A stretch of 51,057 nt of DNA from the NCBI GenBank assembly GCA_051819665.1, contig JBNJDG010000007.1, forward strand, positions 1 to 51,057, given 5' to 3'. Positions 36,328 to 44,433 of this stretch are shown here, piece by piece. A program made the translations under genes and the position numbers. The notes beneath the pieces are model-generated. The model had not been told where the DNA came from. It worked only from the letters and a program-made list of their open reading frames with translations, and ran no database searches. The DNA comes from Nanobdellota archaeon (GTDB taxonomy: Archaea; Nanobdellota; Nanobdellia; Woesearchaeales; CAZZGN01). How positions within the stretch are numbered: the stretch's first letter is position 1; each line of letters begins with the position of its first letter.

Positions 36328-36656
36328 TAAACGGAAAAAAAGGAGGATGGTTCGAATCATGGCCGGAAAGAACAGCCCTTATATTGCTCCTGCTGGGCTT
36401 CGTTATCTCTCTGGGTGAGGGCTATACCCTTGGAAACCTTGCAATAATCTTCCTGGTCGGATTACTGTTGGGAAAAACTTTATACAAGAGGAAACACGGG
36501 AAGAACTTCATCACCTTCCTCCTGATCTTTGGTTTTCTCATCGGATTCATAGTGGGGAGCTTCAGGACCGAATGGAATTTCATCGTGATCTCTCTCATCC
36601 TCGGAAGTATACTTGGATTCAAGGCTTTACAGAAAGGATGGGTGAAACTGAACTGA
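36324..36656 (+). CDS. Small multi-TM hypothetical protein
   Basis: ATGA overlap at 36324 (MINGKK); four hydrophobic segments. Confidence 0.65.
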   Translation: MINGKKGGWFESWPERTALILLLLGFVISLGEGYTLGNLAIIFLVGLLLGKTLYKRKHGKNFITFLLIFGFLIGFIVGSFRTEWNFIVISLILGSILGFKALQKGWVKLN

Positions 36657-36713
36657 GTACTTAAAAGAAAAGATTTATTAATCAACCCACCTATGCCCGT
36701 CCGGGTGGGGTTA

Positions 36714-37580
36714 ATGGAACAATATCTTAAGATAGTCAGAAAGATCCTGAATGAAGGCAGACTGAAACAGAACAGGACAGGTGTCAAGACATATGCGGTG
36801 GCAGGGACCATGTTCGAGCATGACATGGAAAAAGGCTTCCCGCTCATAACAACCAAGAAAGTACCACTAAGGCTTATAGCCTCTGAACTTGAATTCTTCA
36901 TAAAAGGAATAACGGACAAGGAATGGCTGAAAGAGAGGAAGAATCACATCTGGGACCAATGGTGCACCCCGGATATAGTACCCTATAATAATGATCCCGA
37001 AACAAAGAAGAGAATGGCTGAAGAGAGAGACCTCGGGCCTATATACGGATGGCAATGGAGGAACTTCGGTGCAGAATACGAAAGTTATGATAAACCTCCA
37101 AAAGGAGAAGGCGTGGATCAGCTCAAGAAGGTAGTGGAGACTTTGAAGGAAGATCCTTCGGACAGGAGGATGATGGTCACTGCCTGGAACCCGACAGATC
37201 TCCACCGGATGGCCCTTCCCCCCTGCCATTACAGCTTCCAGGTCACTGTCATAGACGGAAAGCTCAACCTTATGTGGAACCAGAGGAGCGTGGACGTGGC
37301 CCTGGGATTACCGTTCAACATCGCAAGCTATGCCCTGATGCTTCATCTGCTTGCAAAGGAAACCGGTCTTAAGGAAGGAAAGCTTGTCGGCTTCTTCGGG
37401 GATACGCATATCTATGAGAACCATCTGGAAGGGCTTAAGGAACAGGTGAAGAGAGAACCTTTCCCTCTGCCGAAGATAAGGACAGAGAATTTCACCTCGA
37501 TCTTCGAATGGACCTATAAGGACTCCAGGGTAGAGGGATACGAGCACCACCCACGGATAAAGTTCGAGGTGGCCGTATGA
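36714..37580 (+). CDS. thyA: Thymidylate synthase
   Basis: RTGV, GFPLITTKK, LGPIYGWQWR, MALPPCH, QRSVD..LGLPFNIASY, GDTHIYENH. Confidence 0.97.
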   Translation: MEQYLKIVRKILNEGRLKQNRTGVKTYAVAGTMFEHDMEKGFPLITTKKVPLRLIASELEFFIKGITDKEWLKERKNHIWDQWCTPDIVPYNNDPETKKRMAEERDLGPIYGWQWRNFGAEYESYDKPPKGEGVDQLKKVVETLKEDPSDRRMMVTAWNPTDLHRMALPPCHYSFQVTVIDGKLNLMWNQRSVDVALGLPFNIASYALMLHLLAKETGLKEGKLVGFFGDTHIYENHLEGLKEQVKREPFPLPKIRTENFTSIFEWTYKDSRVEGYEHHPRIKFEVAV

Positions 37581-38038
37581 TCGCTATAATCGCTGCCTTC
37601 CCAGCGAATAGGGTCATAGGGAAAGGTAACGAGCTGCCCTGGAAGATAAAAGGCGACCTGAAACATTTCAAGGAACAGACAAAAGGGAAAACCATAATCA
37701 TGGGCAGGAAGACATTCGAGTCGATAGGAAGGCCTCTCCCGAAAAGGAACAATATCGTAATAACTTCTAAGGATATTGAGAATGCAGGAATTGATGTCTG
37801 CCGAAGCGTGGATGAGGCCATCGATAAAGGGAATGAGTATGATAAGGATATGTTCGTGATAGGCGGTGCTTCTATATATGAACAGTTCCTGCCGAAAGCA
37901 GATAAGCTTTATATCTCGCACATAAAGGAATATTACGAAGGAGATGTATATTTTCCCGATTATGATGAGAGCAATTGGGAAGAAGAATACAGGGAAGATA
38001 AGGGAGAATTTGTCTTTGTCATCTATAGAAGAAGATAA
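37577..38038 (+). CDS. folA: Dihydrofolate reductase
   Basis: NRVIGKGNELPW, DLKHFK, IIMGRKTFESIGRPLPKR, VIGGASIY, GDVYFP. Confidence 0.96.
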   Translation: MIAIIAAFPANRVIGKGNELPWKIKGDLKHFKEQTKGKTIIMGRKTFESIGRPLPKRNNIVITSKDIENAGIDVCRSVDEAIDKGNEYDKDMFVIGGASIYEQFLPKADKLYISHIKEYYEGDVYFPDYDESNWEEEYREDKGEFVFVIYRRR

Positions 38039-38108
38039 ATCAATCTATTCATGAGATCTTTAAAGAAGAACACGAATTATATAAATAAATATAAAAAAAG
38101 AGAAAGGC

Positions 38109-39065
38109 TCACTTTTTGCCTTTCTTAGATTTGTCTTTGGATTTCTCTTTCTTCATGAACTTGAGAGCACCAACAAGCATGTTCATCGTTGTGCCAAGCT
38201 CCTGGACCTCGTCCTTTGTCTTTATCTGAGGGATCTCTGTATCAAGGTCACCATCAGCTATCTTACCGCCGGCCTTAGTAAGTTTGTTAATTGGCCTCGT
38301 AAGGCTGTTAGCGAAAAGTATTCCCACGATGATAACGAGTATCATTATTATCACAAGGAAATTTATCGTCTGCGACCTTACCTTATCACTTGTGTATTCG
38401 ATATCCTCAGAGATGTCTTTCTTGGCCTTTTCGATCTTCTCTTTGGTCTCCTTTACAGGAGAAGAGAACTCATCGATGTAGGTTGTAGCCGCTACAGAGA
38501 ACTGAACACCATCTGCTGTCCGCGCATCAACCGGTGCAATATGCATGTATTTCTCCCTGATCGAACCATCCGGTTCTTCCCAGTCATAATAACCTTTTGA
38601 GACCTTGCCTCCCTGGCTTGCAGACATGATATCAAAAAAACCAGGGAGTTTCTCTTCAAGTTTATGGAGATCCATATCAACTGTCTTTTCCTTTGAATGG
38701 AATCTGCAAACCAGAGAATCAACATCAGTTATAGCTGTATATCCTGTATCGCCTACAGGCTGGACGGCAAGTTCACTGAATTTCGGATCCTCCTGAAGTT
38801 CTTCAACCGTCATTTCGGGATTCTGCTTAATATATACCTCGAGTTGTTTTGCAGTATCAACAGCTTTCTGTTTTATTATCCTCTCCCCAAGCTCTTTCAG
38901 GGAATTAGTGCTGTCCTCAACAGCCATCTGCTTCATGTTGTTCACTCCGTCTACCGCGGAAGAACCCATCCTCGAGATATCATTCGTACTCGTATAACCA
39001 AGGATCGCCAGTGGGACAACCGTAAGGATAAGGAGCAATGCCAATAATTTGTATTTGATCTTCAT
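38109..39065 (-). CDS. TM-Cache-TM-HAMP sensor with no signalling domain
   Basis: N-terminal TM, PVGDTGYTAI Cache-like segment, GYYDW, second TM, HAMP LTRPINKL...DEVQELG, Lys-rich end. Confidence 0.85.
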   Translation of the reverse strand: MKIKYKLLALLLILTVVPLAILGYTSTNDISRMGSSAVDGVNNMKQMAVEDSTNSLKELGERIIKQKAVDTAKQLEVYIKQNPEMTVEELQEDPKFSELAVQPVGDTGYTAITDVDSLVCRFHSKEKTVDMDLHKLEEKLPGFFDIMSASQGGKVSKGYYDWEEPDGSIREKYMHIAPVDARTADGVQFSVAATTYIDEFSSPVKETKEKIEKAKKDISEDIEYTSDKVRSQTINFLVIIMILVIIVGILFANSLTRPINKLTKAGGKIADGDLDTEIPQIKTKDEVQELGTTMNMLVGALKFMKKEKSKDKSKKGKK

Positions 39066-39076
39066 CTTTTCACCTC

Positions 39077-39241
39077 TTAGATATTATCGAACTCTTTCGC
39101 CTTCTCTTCCCCGAGAAAACCTGCCACTTTAGTTTTGCACTTCTCCACGCACTCATCTTCGCCCATCGAATCGACCTGTGCCGCGGAAGCCGGACCAAAA
39201 AACTTGGACATCAGCTCTTTGCATTTTTCTTTCTTACTCAT
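39077..39241 (-). CDS. Unannotated 54-aa protein
   Basis: Hand translation MSKKEKCKELMSKFFGPASAAQVDSMGEDECVEKCKTKVAGFLGEEKAKEFDNI*. GAGGTGA precedes its ATG and recurs before the next gene's ATG. Confidence 0.8.
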   Translation of the reverse strand: MSKKEKCKELMSKFFGPASAAQVDSMGEDECVEKCKTKVAGFLGEEKAKEFDNI

Positions 39242-39366
39242 GAGCTTCACCTCTCATTACCTTCATCAAACTTTACTTTATTTATTCACAATTATTGAAT
39301 TTTGTATAAAGGTATACTTTTTTAATTATTATATAAAGTTTTTTGAAGTGTAATCATAAAATTAAT

Positions 39367-39387
39367 AGTAAGTTAACAGTAAGTTAA
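39367..39387 (+). repeat. Direct repeat AGTAAGTTAA x2 (11-bp period), candidate operator
   Basis: 39367-39376 and 39378-39387 are identical, in the divergent AT-rich intergenic region. Confidence 0.6.
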
Positions 39388-39417
39388 TAATCAGAAAGAC
39401 TTATTAATAAAAACAGG

Positions 39418-39699
39418 ATGGAAAGATATATGGAAAACATGATCTTCCTGTATTCCAAAGGCGGGGAAAGCAGAAGAAAAATAATACAGGAATTATATCA
39501 CCAGATGAAAGAGAGATACAACAATTCCGTCTCAACACTTGCTGAGGAGCTCGAGATATCGAAAGTGGCCGTTAAAAGGCATGTGGACAGGCTCATCGAG
39601 CTGGGTTATATAGAAAAGCTCAACCCAAGAGGGAAGCCTATCTACCTTGAACTGACCGAAAAGGGCCAGGAAACAGCGAAAAAATATCTCATCTACTAG
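39418..39699 (+). CDS. Winged-HTH transcriptional regulator
   Basis: SKGGESRRKII, SVSTLAEELEISKVAVKRHVDRLIELGYI, LTEKG. Confidence 0.85.
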   Translation: MERYMENMIFLYSKGGESRRKIIQELYHQMKERYNNSVSTLAEELEISKVAVKRHVDRLIELGYIEKLNPRGKPIYLELTEKGQETAKKYLIY

Positions 39700-39742
39700 A
39701 ATCATAGTGATCCTTTTTTATAACAGAAACATAATCTGAAGA

Positions 39743-40711
39743 CTATTCTGTGAATACCCTTCCATCATCCGTTATACACTGGAGAGAACAATTACTGCAG
39801 TCAGGCTCCAGGACCTCATTACCAGCATTAGCACAGGAGACGAAATCATCAACCCTCTCTTCCTTATTATCGACAAGATCATAGGTTATCGAGACAATCT
39901 CATCATCCCTTACTTTCGCTTCAGCCAGAAAACTCTCGCCCTCAGCAGTATTGAATAGAAAGGAATAGCTGTTACCGTCCGGAGAATCCTCAGATCTTAT
40001 AAGTCTCAAATCCATTACGTCTTCAAACTCAGAGCTTTGCCTTATCCTTTCCGCTACCGCATCAGCATCATCTGAAGGGAGCTTATGTTCTGCTATTTTT
40101 TCACTCACTGAAATACTTTCTGAAGCTTCCTGTGTATGGATACTTACCATTGCCGGGAAACCATTCATGAAAAAAATGCCTCCCAGAAGGGAAAAGAACA
40201 ATACAAGAAATAACACTATAACAAGTAGCAAAGGACCATTATTATCATTACTCTCCGATGCACTCTTTTTTCCTGATCTCTTTCCTGCCGATTTCTTACT
40301 TTCCTCTTTCTCTGGAATGACCACTGCAGCTATTATATATGCTATCAGGCCTGTTCCTGCCGAAACGACCAGGATTAGTATCCAGATCAATCTTATCATG
40401 GCTGAGCTGGTGCCAAAATACTCTGCCAATCCTCCGCAGACACCAGCAATAACACGATCTTCCCTGCTTCTTGTGAGCTTCTTATTATTATCTACCCTGA
40501 AGACCTCCTCTCTGCCCCTTCCAATAATAGCATAGATAAGGGCACCGATAAAATTCAGGAGCAATATCAAAAGGACCCAGATGAGCTTCTCTTCTGTCCT
40601 CTTCTCTGATTTTATACAGTCGATGATAGCCCATATCCAGAATACGAAAGCAGCTATTGAAAACAAACCTATAAAGGGCATGAATAACGGAAATGCGAAA
40701 TCATGTAACAT
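39743..40711 (-). CDS. PLDc_N + PspC-domain membrane protein with extracellular C-terminal domain
   Basis: WIWAIIDC...KLIWVLLILLLNFIGALIY; KLTRSREDRVIAGVCGGLAEYFG (PspC); additional TM. Confidence 0.85.
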   Translation of the reverse strand: MLHDFAFPLFMPFIGLFSIAAFVFWIWAIIDCIKSEKRTEEKLIWVLLILLLNFIGALIYAIIGRGREEVFRVDNNKKLTRSREDRVIAGVCGGLAEYFGTSSAMIRLIWILILVVSAGTGLIAYIIAAVVIPEKEESKKSAGKRSGKKSASESNDNNGPLLLVIVLFLVLFFSLLGGIFFMNGFPAMVSIHTQEASESISVSEKIAEHKLPSDDADAVAERIRQSSEFEDVMDLRLIRSEDSPDGNSYSFLFNTAEGESFLAEAKVRDDEIVSITYDLVDNKEERVDDFVSCANAGNEVLEPDCSNCSLQCITDDGRVFTE

Positions 40712-40790
40712 TTTTTAAATCCTCCGATAATTGTATATAGAGGGTAAGAAGCCAGACTTATAAACCTTTCTTTTCATTGTGAATCCTTTA

Positions 40791-42146
40791 TCAGGCAGCC
40801 GCTTTTCCTCTGGAAGAAGGAGTAAGAAGCCTGAATTCATGCCTGAGGATGAAAGCGACGATGATCCCAGCAAATAGATCAGCCAGAGGATATGCAGCCC
40901 ATACACCATCAATCCTAAAGAAAAGAGGGAGGATCAATACAAGAGGAGTAAGGAAAAGGATCTGCCTCATTATCGAAAGGATGAACGCTTTCCTTGCCTT
41001 CCCGAGTGATTGGTACATCCCTCCTGCAATTATCTGGAAACCGACGAGAGGGAACATCATCACGACGAGCCTCATTGCAGGGATTGTCTTATCTATAAGG
41101 CCTGGGTCAGATGTAAAGATCCCCAGTATAGGCTTAGTGAAAAACTCGATGATGAGGAATGCAGCAGTAGTAAGGGCAGTTGCCACCAGCATCGAGAGCT
41201 TGATGGATCTCTTTGTCCTTTCATAATTTTCTGCACCGTAATTATAACCGACTATAGGCTGGAGGCCCTGTAAGAGACCTATGACAGGCATTATTATGAA
41301 CATGAGGATCCTCATTATGATCCCGATGGATGATATTGCCATGCTTCCCCCGTAATAGGCGAGTGAATTGTTCACCGTGATTATCATTACACTGGAGGCA
41401 GCCTGCCTTGCAAGCGAAGAAGCACCGATAGAGAACTTTTCCCTGAGAAGAGAAAGATTGAACGAGAACCCTTTGAACTTAAGAGCTCCTCTGCCGGCAA
41501 GGAAATACCATAAAGCTATAACAGAAGCTAAACCCTGGGAGATAACTGTAGCGAGTGCAGCTCCTGACATTCCCAAACCAAAGCCGAAGATGAAAACCGC
41601 ATCAAGTGCTATATTGACCAGTGCAGCGAATATCATTATGAACATGGAGAACTTAGCATTCCCCTCTGACCTTATTATAGCGTTACTGGCTCCGGCAAAC
41701 ATCGCAAAGACTGTGCCAATAACAATGACTTCCAGATACTCTTTTGCGAAAGGCATTATCTCTGGAGTCGCTCCAAAGAGACTAAGGAGCGGAACAAGAA
41801 ATATAAGAGCAAGCCCGGTTATTACCACAGCTATGAGAGTTATCGAAGTGAAGAAATTGCCGAGCGCTTTCTGTGCTTCCTCATATTTACCGGCACCAAA
41901 TCTCCTTGAGATTATCGATGCAGAACCTATCCCAACAGTCTGGCCGATAGCCATACTGATCATCTGGATGGGGAAGGCGACAGCAATGCCGGCTATACCT
42001 AACGGACCCACACCATTACCGATGAATATGGTATCAACAAGATTATAGAGGCTCATCAGGAGAAGCCCGATCATAGCAGGACCTGCCTGCTTAAACAGCA
42101 GTTTGGGTATGCTCTCATATGCAAGATCTTTCTGATGCTTGTTCAT
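40791..42146 (-). CDS. MATE-family efflux transporter
   Basis: SLYNLVDTIFIG, IIRSEGN, NIALDAVFIF, GAALATVISQ, QPIVGYNYGA. Confidence 0.95.
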   Translation of the reverse strand: MNKHQKDLAYESIPKLLFKQAGPAMIGLLLMSLYNLVDTIFIGNGVGPLGIAGIAVAFPIQMISMAIGQTVGIGSASIISRRFGAGKYEEAQKALGNFFTSITLIAVVITGLALIFLVPLLSLFGATPEIMPFAKEYLEVIVIGTVFAMFAGASNAIIRSEGNAKFSMFIMIFAALVNIALDAVFIFGFGLGMSGAALATVISQGLASVIALWYFLAGRGALKFKGFSFNLSLLREKFSIGASSLARQAASSVMIITVNNSLAYYGGSMAISSIGIIMRILMFIIMPVIGLLQGLQPIVGYNYGAENYERTKRSIKLSMLVATALTTAAFLIIEFFTKPILGIFTSDPGLIDKTIPAMRLVVMMFPLVGFQIIAGGMYQSLGKARKAFILSIMRQILFLTPLVLILPLFFRIDGVWAAYPLADLFAGIIVAFILRHEFRLLTPSSRGKAAA

Positions 42147-42169
42147 CAGCCGGGGGATTCATGAATGGT

Positions 42170-42919
42170 TTATTTATTTTTCCCCATGTTCTGACCCACC
42201 GCATTAAGGACATCAACCGGTACGGCAAAGACTACTGTATTACTCTTGTCAGAACTAAGACCATTAAGGGTCTGTAAAGTCCTCAGATGAAGAGCTCCGT
42301 CATGCTTGGAAAGATTACTAGCAGCTTTTGCCATGTTCTTCGAGGCAGTGACTTCACCATCAGCCTTTATTATGACCGCTCTCTTCTCTCTTTCAGCTTC
42401 CGCCTGCTTAGCCATCACCCTCTTCATGTTCTCTGCCAGAGTGATGTCCTTAAGCTCTACCGTATCCACCTGGATCCCCCATGGATCAGAAGCCTTATCG
42501 ATTATCTTCTTTATATCCTCTGAAAGTTTCTCCCTGTTGCTGAGGACCTCGTCCAGATCAGTCTCACCGACTATGTTCCTCATGGTGGTCTGTGCAAGCT
42601 GATAAACAGCATAAGTGTACTTCTCCACCTCAAGGATCGCCCGTTCAGCATTGACAACCTTATAGTATATCACCGCATTAATCCCAACGGTTATATTATC
42701 CTTGGTGATGCTCTCCTGTTCAGGCACATCCGTTGCCCTTACCCTCATGTCAACCCTCTGCCATGACTGGATTATCGGTATCACGAGCTTCAGCCCGGGT
42801 TTCATTAGGCCAACATACTTACCGAGATTGAACTTCACGCCTTTCTCATACTCCTTCACTACCTTGAGACCGGAAAGGAAGAACAGAACCACAGCACCTA
42901 CAACATATTCCCATACCAT
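42170..42919 (-). CDS. SPFH/stomatin (slipin) family protein
   Basis: VVKEYEKGV, ITKDNITV, AQTTMRNIVG, AKQAEAERE. Confidence 0.95.
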   Translation of the reverse strand: MVWEYVVGAVVLFFLSGLKVVKEYEKGVKFNLGKYVGLMKPGLKLVIPIIQSWQRVDMRVRATDVPEQESITKDNITVGINAVIYYKVVNAERAILEVEKYTYAVYQLAQTTMRNIVGETDLDEVLSNREKLSEDIKKIIDKASDPWGIQVDTVELKDITLAENMKRVMAKQAEAEREKRAVIIKADGEVTASKNMAKAASNLSKHDGALHLRTLQTLNGLSSDKSNTVVFAVPVDVLNAVGQNMGKNK

Positions 42920-42923
42920 TTTT

Positions 42924-44081
42924 TCACCTCACCCTGAAGAAGATATAATTCCCCAACAATATTATCCCCAATACAAGAATTGCAGAATAGAGGGAAAATA
43001 TACCTGATATATAACCAGCAATGGGCATTATTATACTTTTCCCTAAAGATTTAAAAAGGGACATTATCGAGCCTAGCGTGGCTCTCTCTTTCGAATCCAC
43101 AAAGCCGTGGAATACATGATTAGCTACAGGAGATCTTATATTCTCTACAATGACTATGAAAAAGAACAGAAGCACACCCCATATTGAGATGAAACCCGTA
43201 CCCAAGACCAGGGCGGGAACAACGGCCAATAAGGTAAGATGGTTCATCGTCTTTATCCTCCCCAGTCTGTTCTCAATAAGATAGGAATACCTTACCGCGA
43301 GAGCAGTGATCATGAGGGAAGCCGAATAAATGAAACCGAACCACTTGACGGCAATGCCCGCCTCCATCATATAAGGCTGGATGAATTTCGCAAGGGCAGC
43401 AAGCACGCCGGTGAAGATGGCGATGTTAAGGGTTATGTTAAGAAGCCCTTTCTTCTCGCATAATCTGCAGAAACTCTTCCTGGCATGTTTCACAGAATCC
43501 TTGAGACTAAGTCCCTGTTGTCTTTCCTTTATCGGTTCCCAATAGATGGCATTGATGAAATTGGCGAATGCAGGTACTGCTGCAAAGAAGAAAACCCAGC
43601 TGAAACCGATCTCTGAAGCTATAAGGCCACCTGCTGCTGTAGCAATAGCCTCTCCGACTCTTGCCCAGAATTTCTGCTTGCCCTTAACCTCTGTATAACC
43701 GGGAGCTCCTTTGGTCTGGTCTATATAATCATATATGAAAGCTGTCTCCGTACCTGTCCTGAAAGAATTACCTGTCTCGAATATGACCTGAGCAAGGACG
43801 AACATCCAGAAACTTCCTGAGAATCCGAATATGATTAAGGATACGAAGATGAGGAATTTAGAGAGTATTGTGCTCCTCTTCTTGCCATAGAAATCAGCAA
43901 AAATGCCTGTAGGGATCTCAAGGAGGAAGCTCGCTATACTTCCTATGGTGAACACCCAGAAGACCTGTGTCATCGAAAGGCTCTGCGCCTGTAAGAAGAC
44001 CACGAATACAGGGAGGAAATAACTCTGGTTCTTGAGGAAAGAGGAAAGATAGAACCTGAACAGCTGTGACCTGACTCCCAT
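42924..44081 (-). CDS. MFS transporter
   Basis: LEIPTGIFADFYGKK, GNSFRTGTETAFIYD, RATLGS; about 12 TM. Confidence 0.9.
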   Translation of the reverse strand: MGVRSQLFRFYLSSFLKNQSYFLPVFVVFLQAQSLSMTQVFWVFTIGSIASFLLEIPTGIFADFYGKKRSTILSKFLIFVSLIIFGFSGSFWMFVLAQVIFETGNSFRTGTETAFIYDYIDQTKGAPGYTEVKGKQKFWARVGEAIATAAGGLIASEIGFSWVFFFAAVPAFANFINAIYWEPIKERQQGLSLKDSVKHARKSFCRLCEKKGLLNITLNIAIFTGVLAALAKFIQPYMMEAGIAVKWFGFIYSASLMITALAVRYSYLIENRLGRIKTMNHLTLLAVVPALVLGTGFISIWGVLLFFFIVIVENIRSPVANHVFHGFVDSKERATLGSIMSLFKSLGKSIIMPIAGYISGIFSLYSAILVLGIILLGNYIFFRVR

Positions 44082-44144
44082 GAAAGCCGAGATAATGGCA
44101 AAGTTTTTATAATTTGCTGAATCCTATGCCCGTGGTGATAAGTT

Positions 44145-44420
44145 ATGTTACATGAAGATAAGAAAGACCTTTCAGGAAAAACAAGGGATATGAAAAGGGC
44201 TATAGATTCACTAAAAGAAGAGATGGAAGCTGTTGACTGGTACAACCAAAGAGTGGATGCCTGCAATGATGATGAACTGAGGAAGATCCTCAAGCACAAT
44301 GCTGATGAAGAGAAAGAACACGCATCCATGCTAATCGAGTGGATCAGAAGGAACGACACAAAGATGGCCGAAGAGCTGAAGGATTACATCTTCAAGGAAG
44401 GGAGCATAGGGGAAGACTGA
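44145..44420 (+). CDS. Encapsulin-associated-type ferritin-like protein (EncFtn)
   Basis: RAIDSLKEEMEAVDWYNQRVDAC, HNADEEKEHASML, EWIRR. Confidence 0.9.
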   Translation: MLHEDKKDLSGKTRDMKRAIDSLKEEMEAVDWYNQRVDACNDDELRKILKHNADEEKEHASMLIEWIRRNDTKMAEELKDYIFKEGSIGED

Positions 44421-44433
44421 TTAACTTTCAGGA

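Noticed and set aside
36714..38038. Bacterial-type thyA-folA pair in an archaeon
   Set aside because: A common, well-known gene pair with canonical motifs; nothing unusual seen
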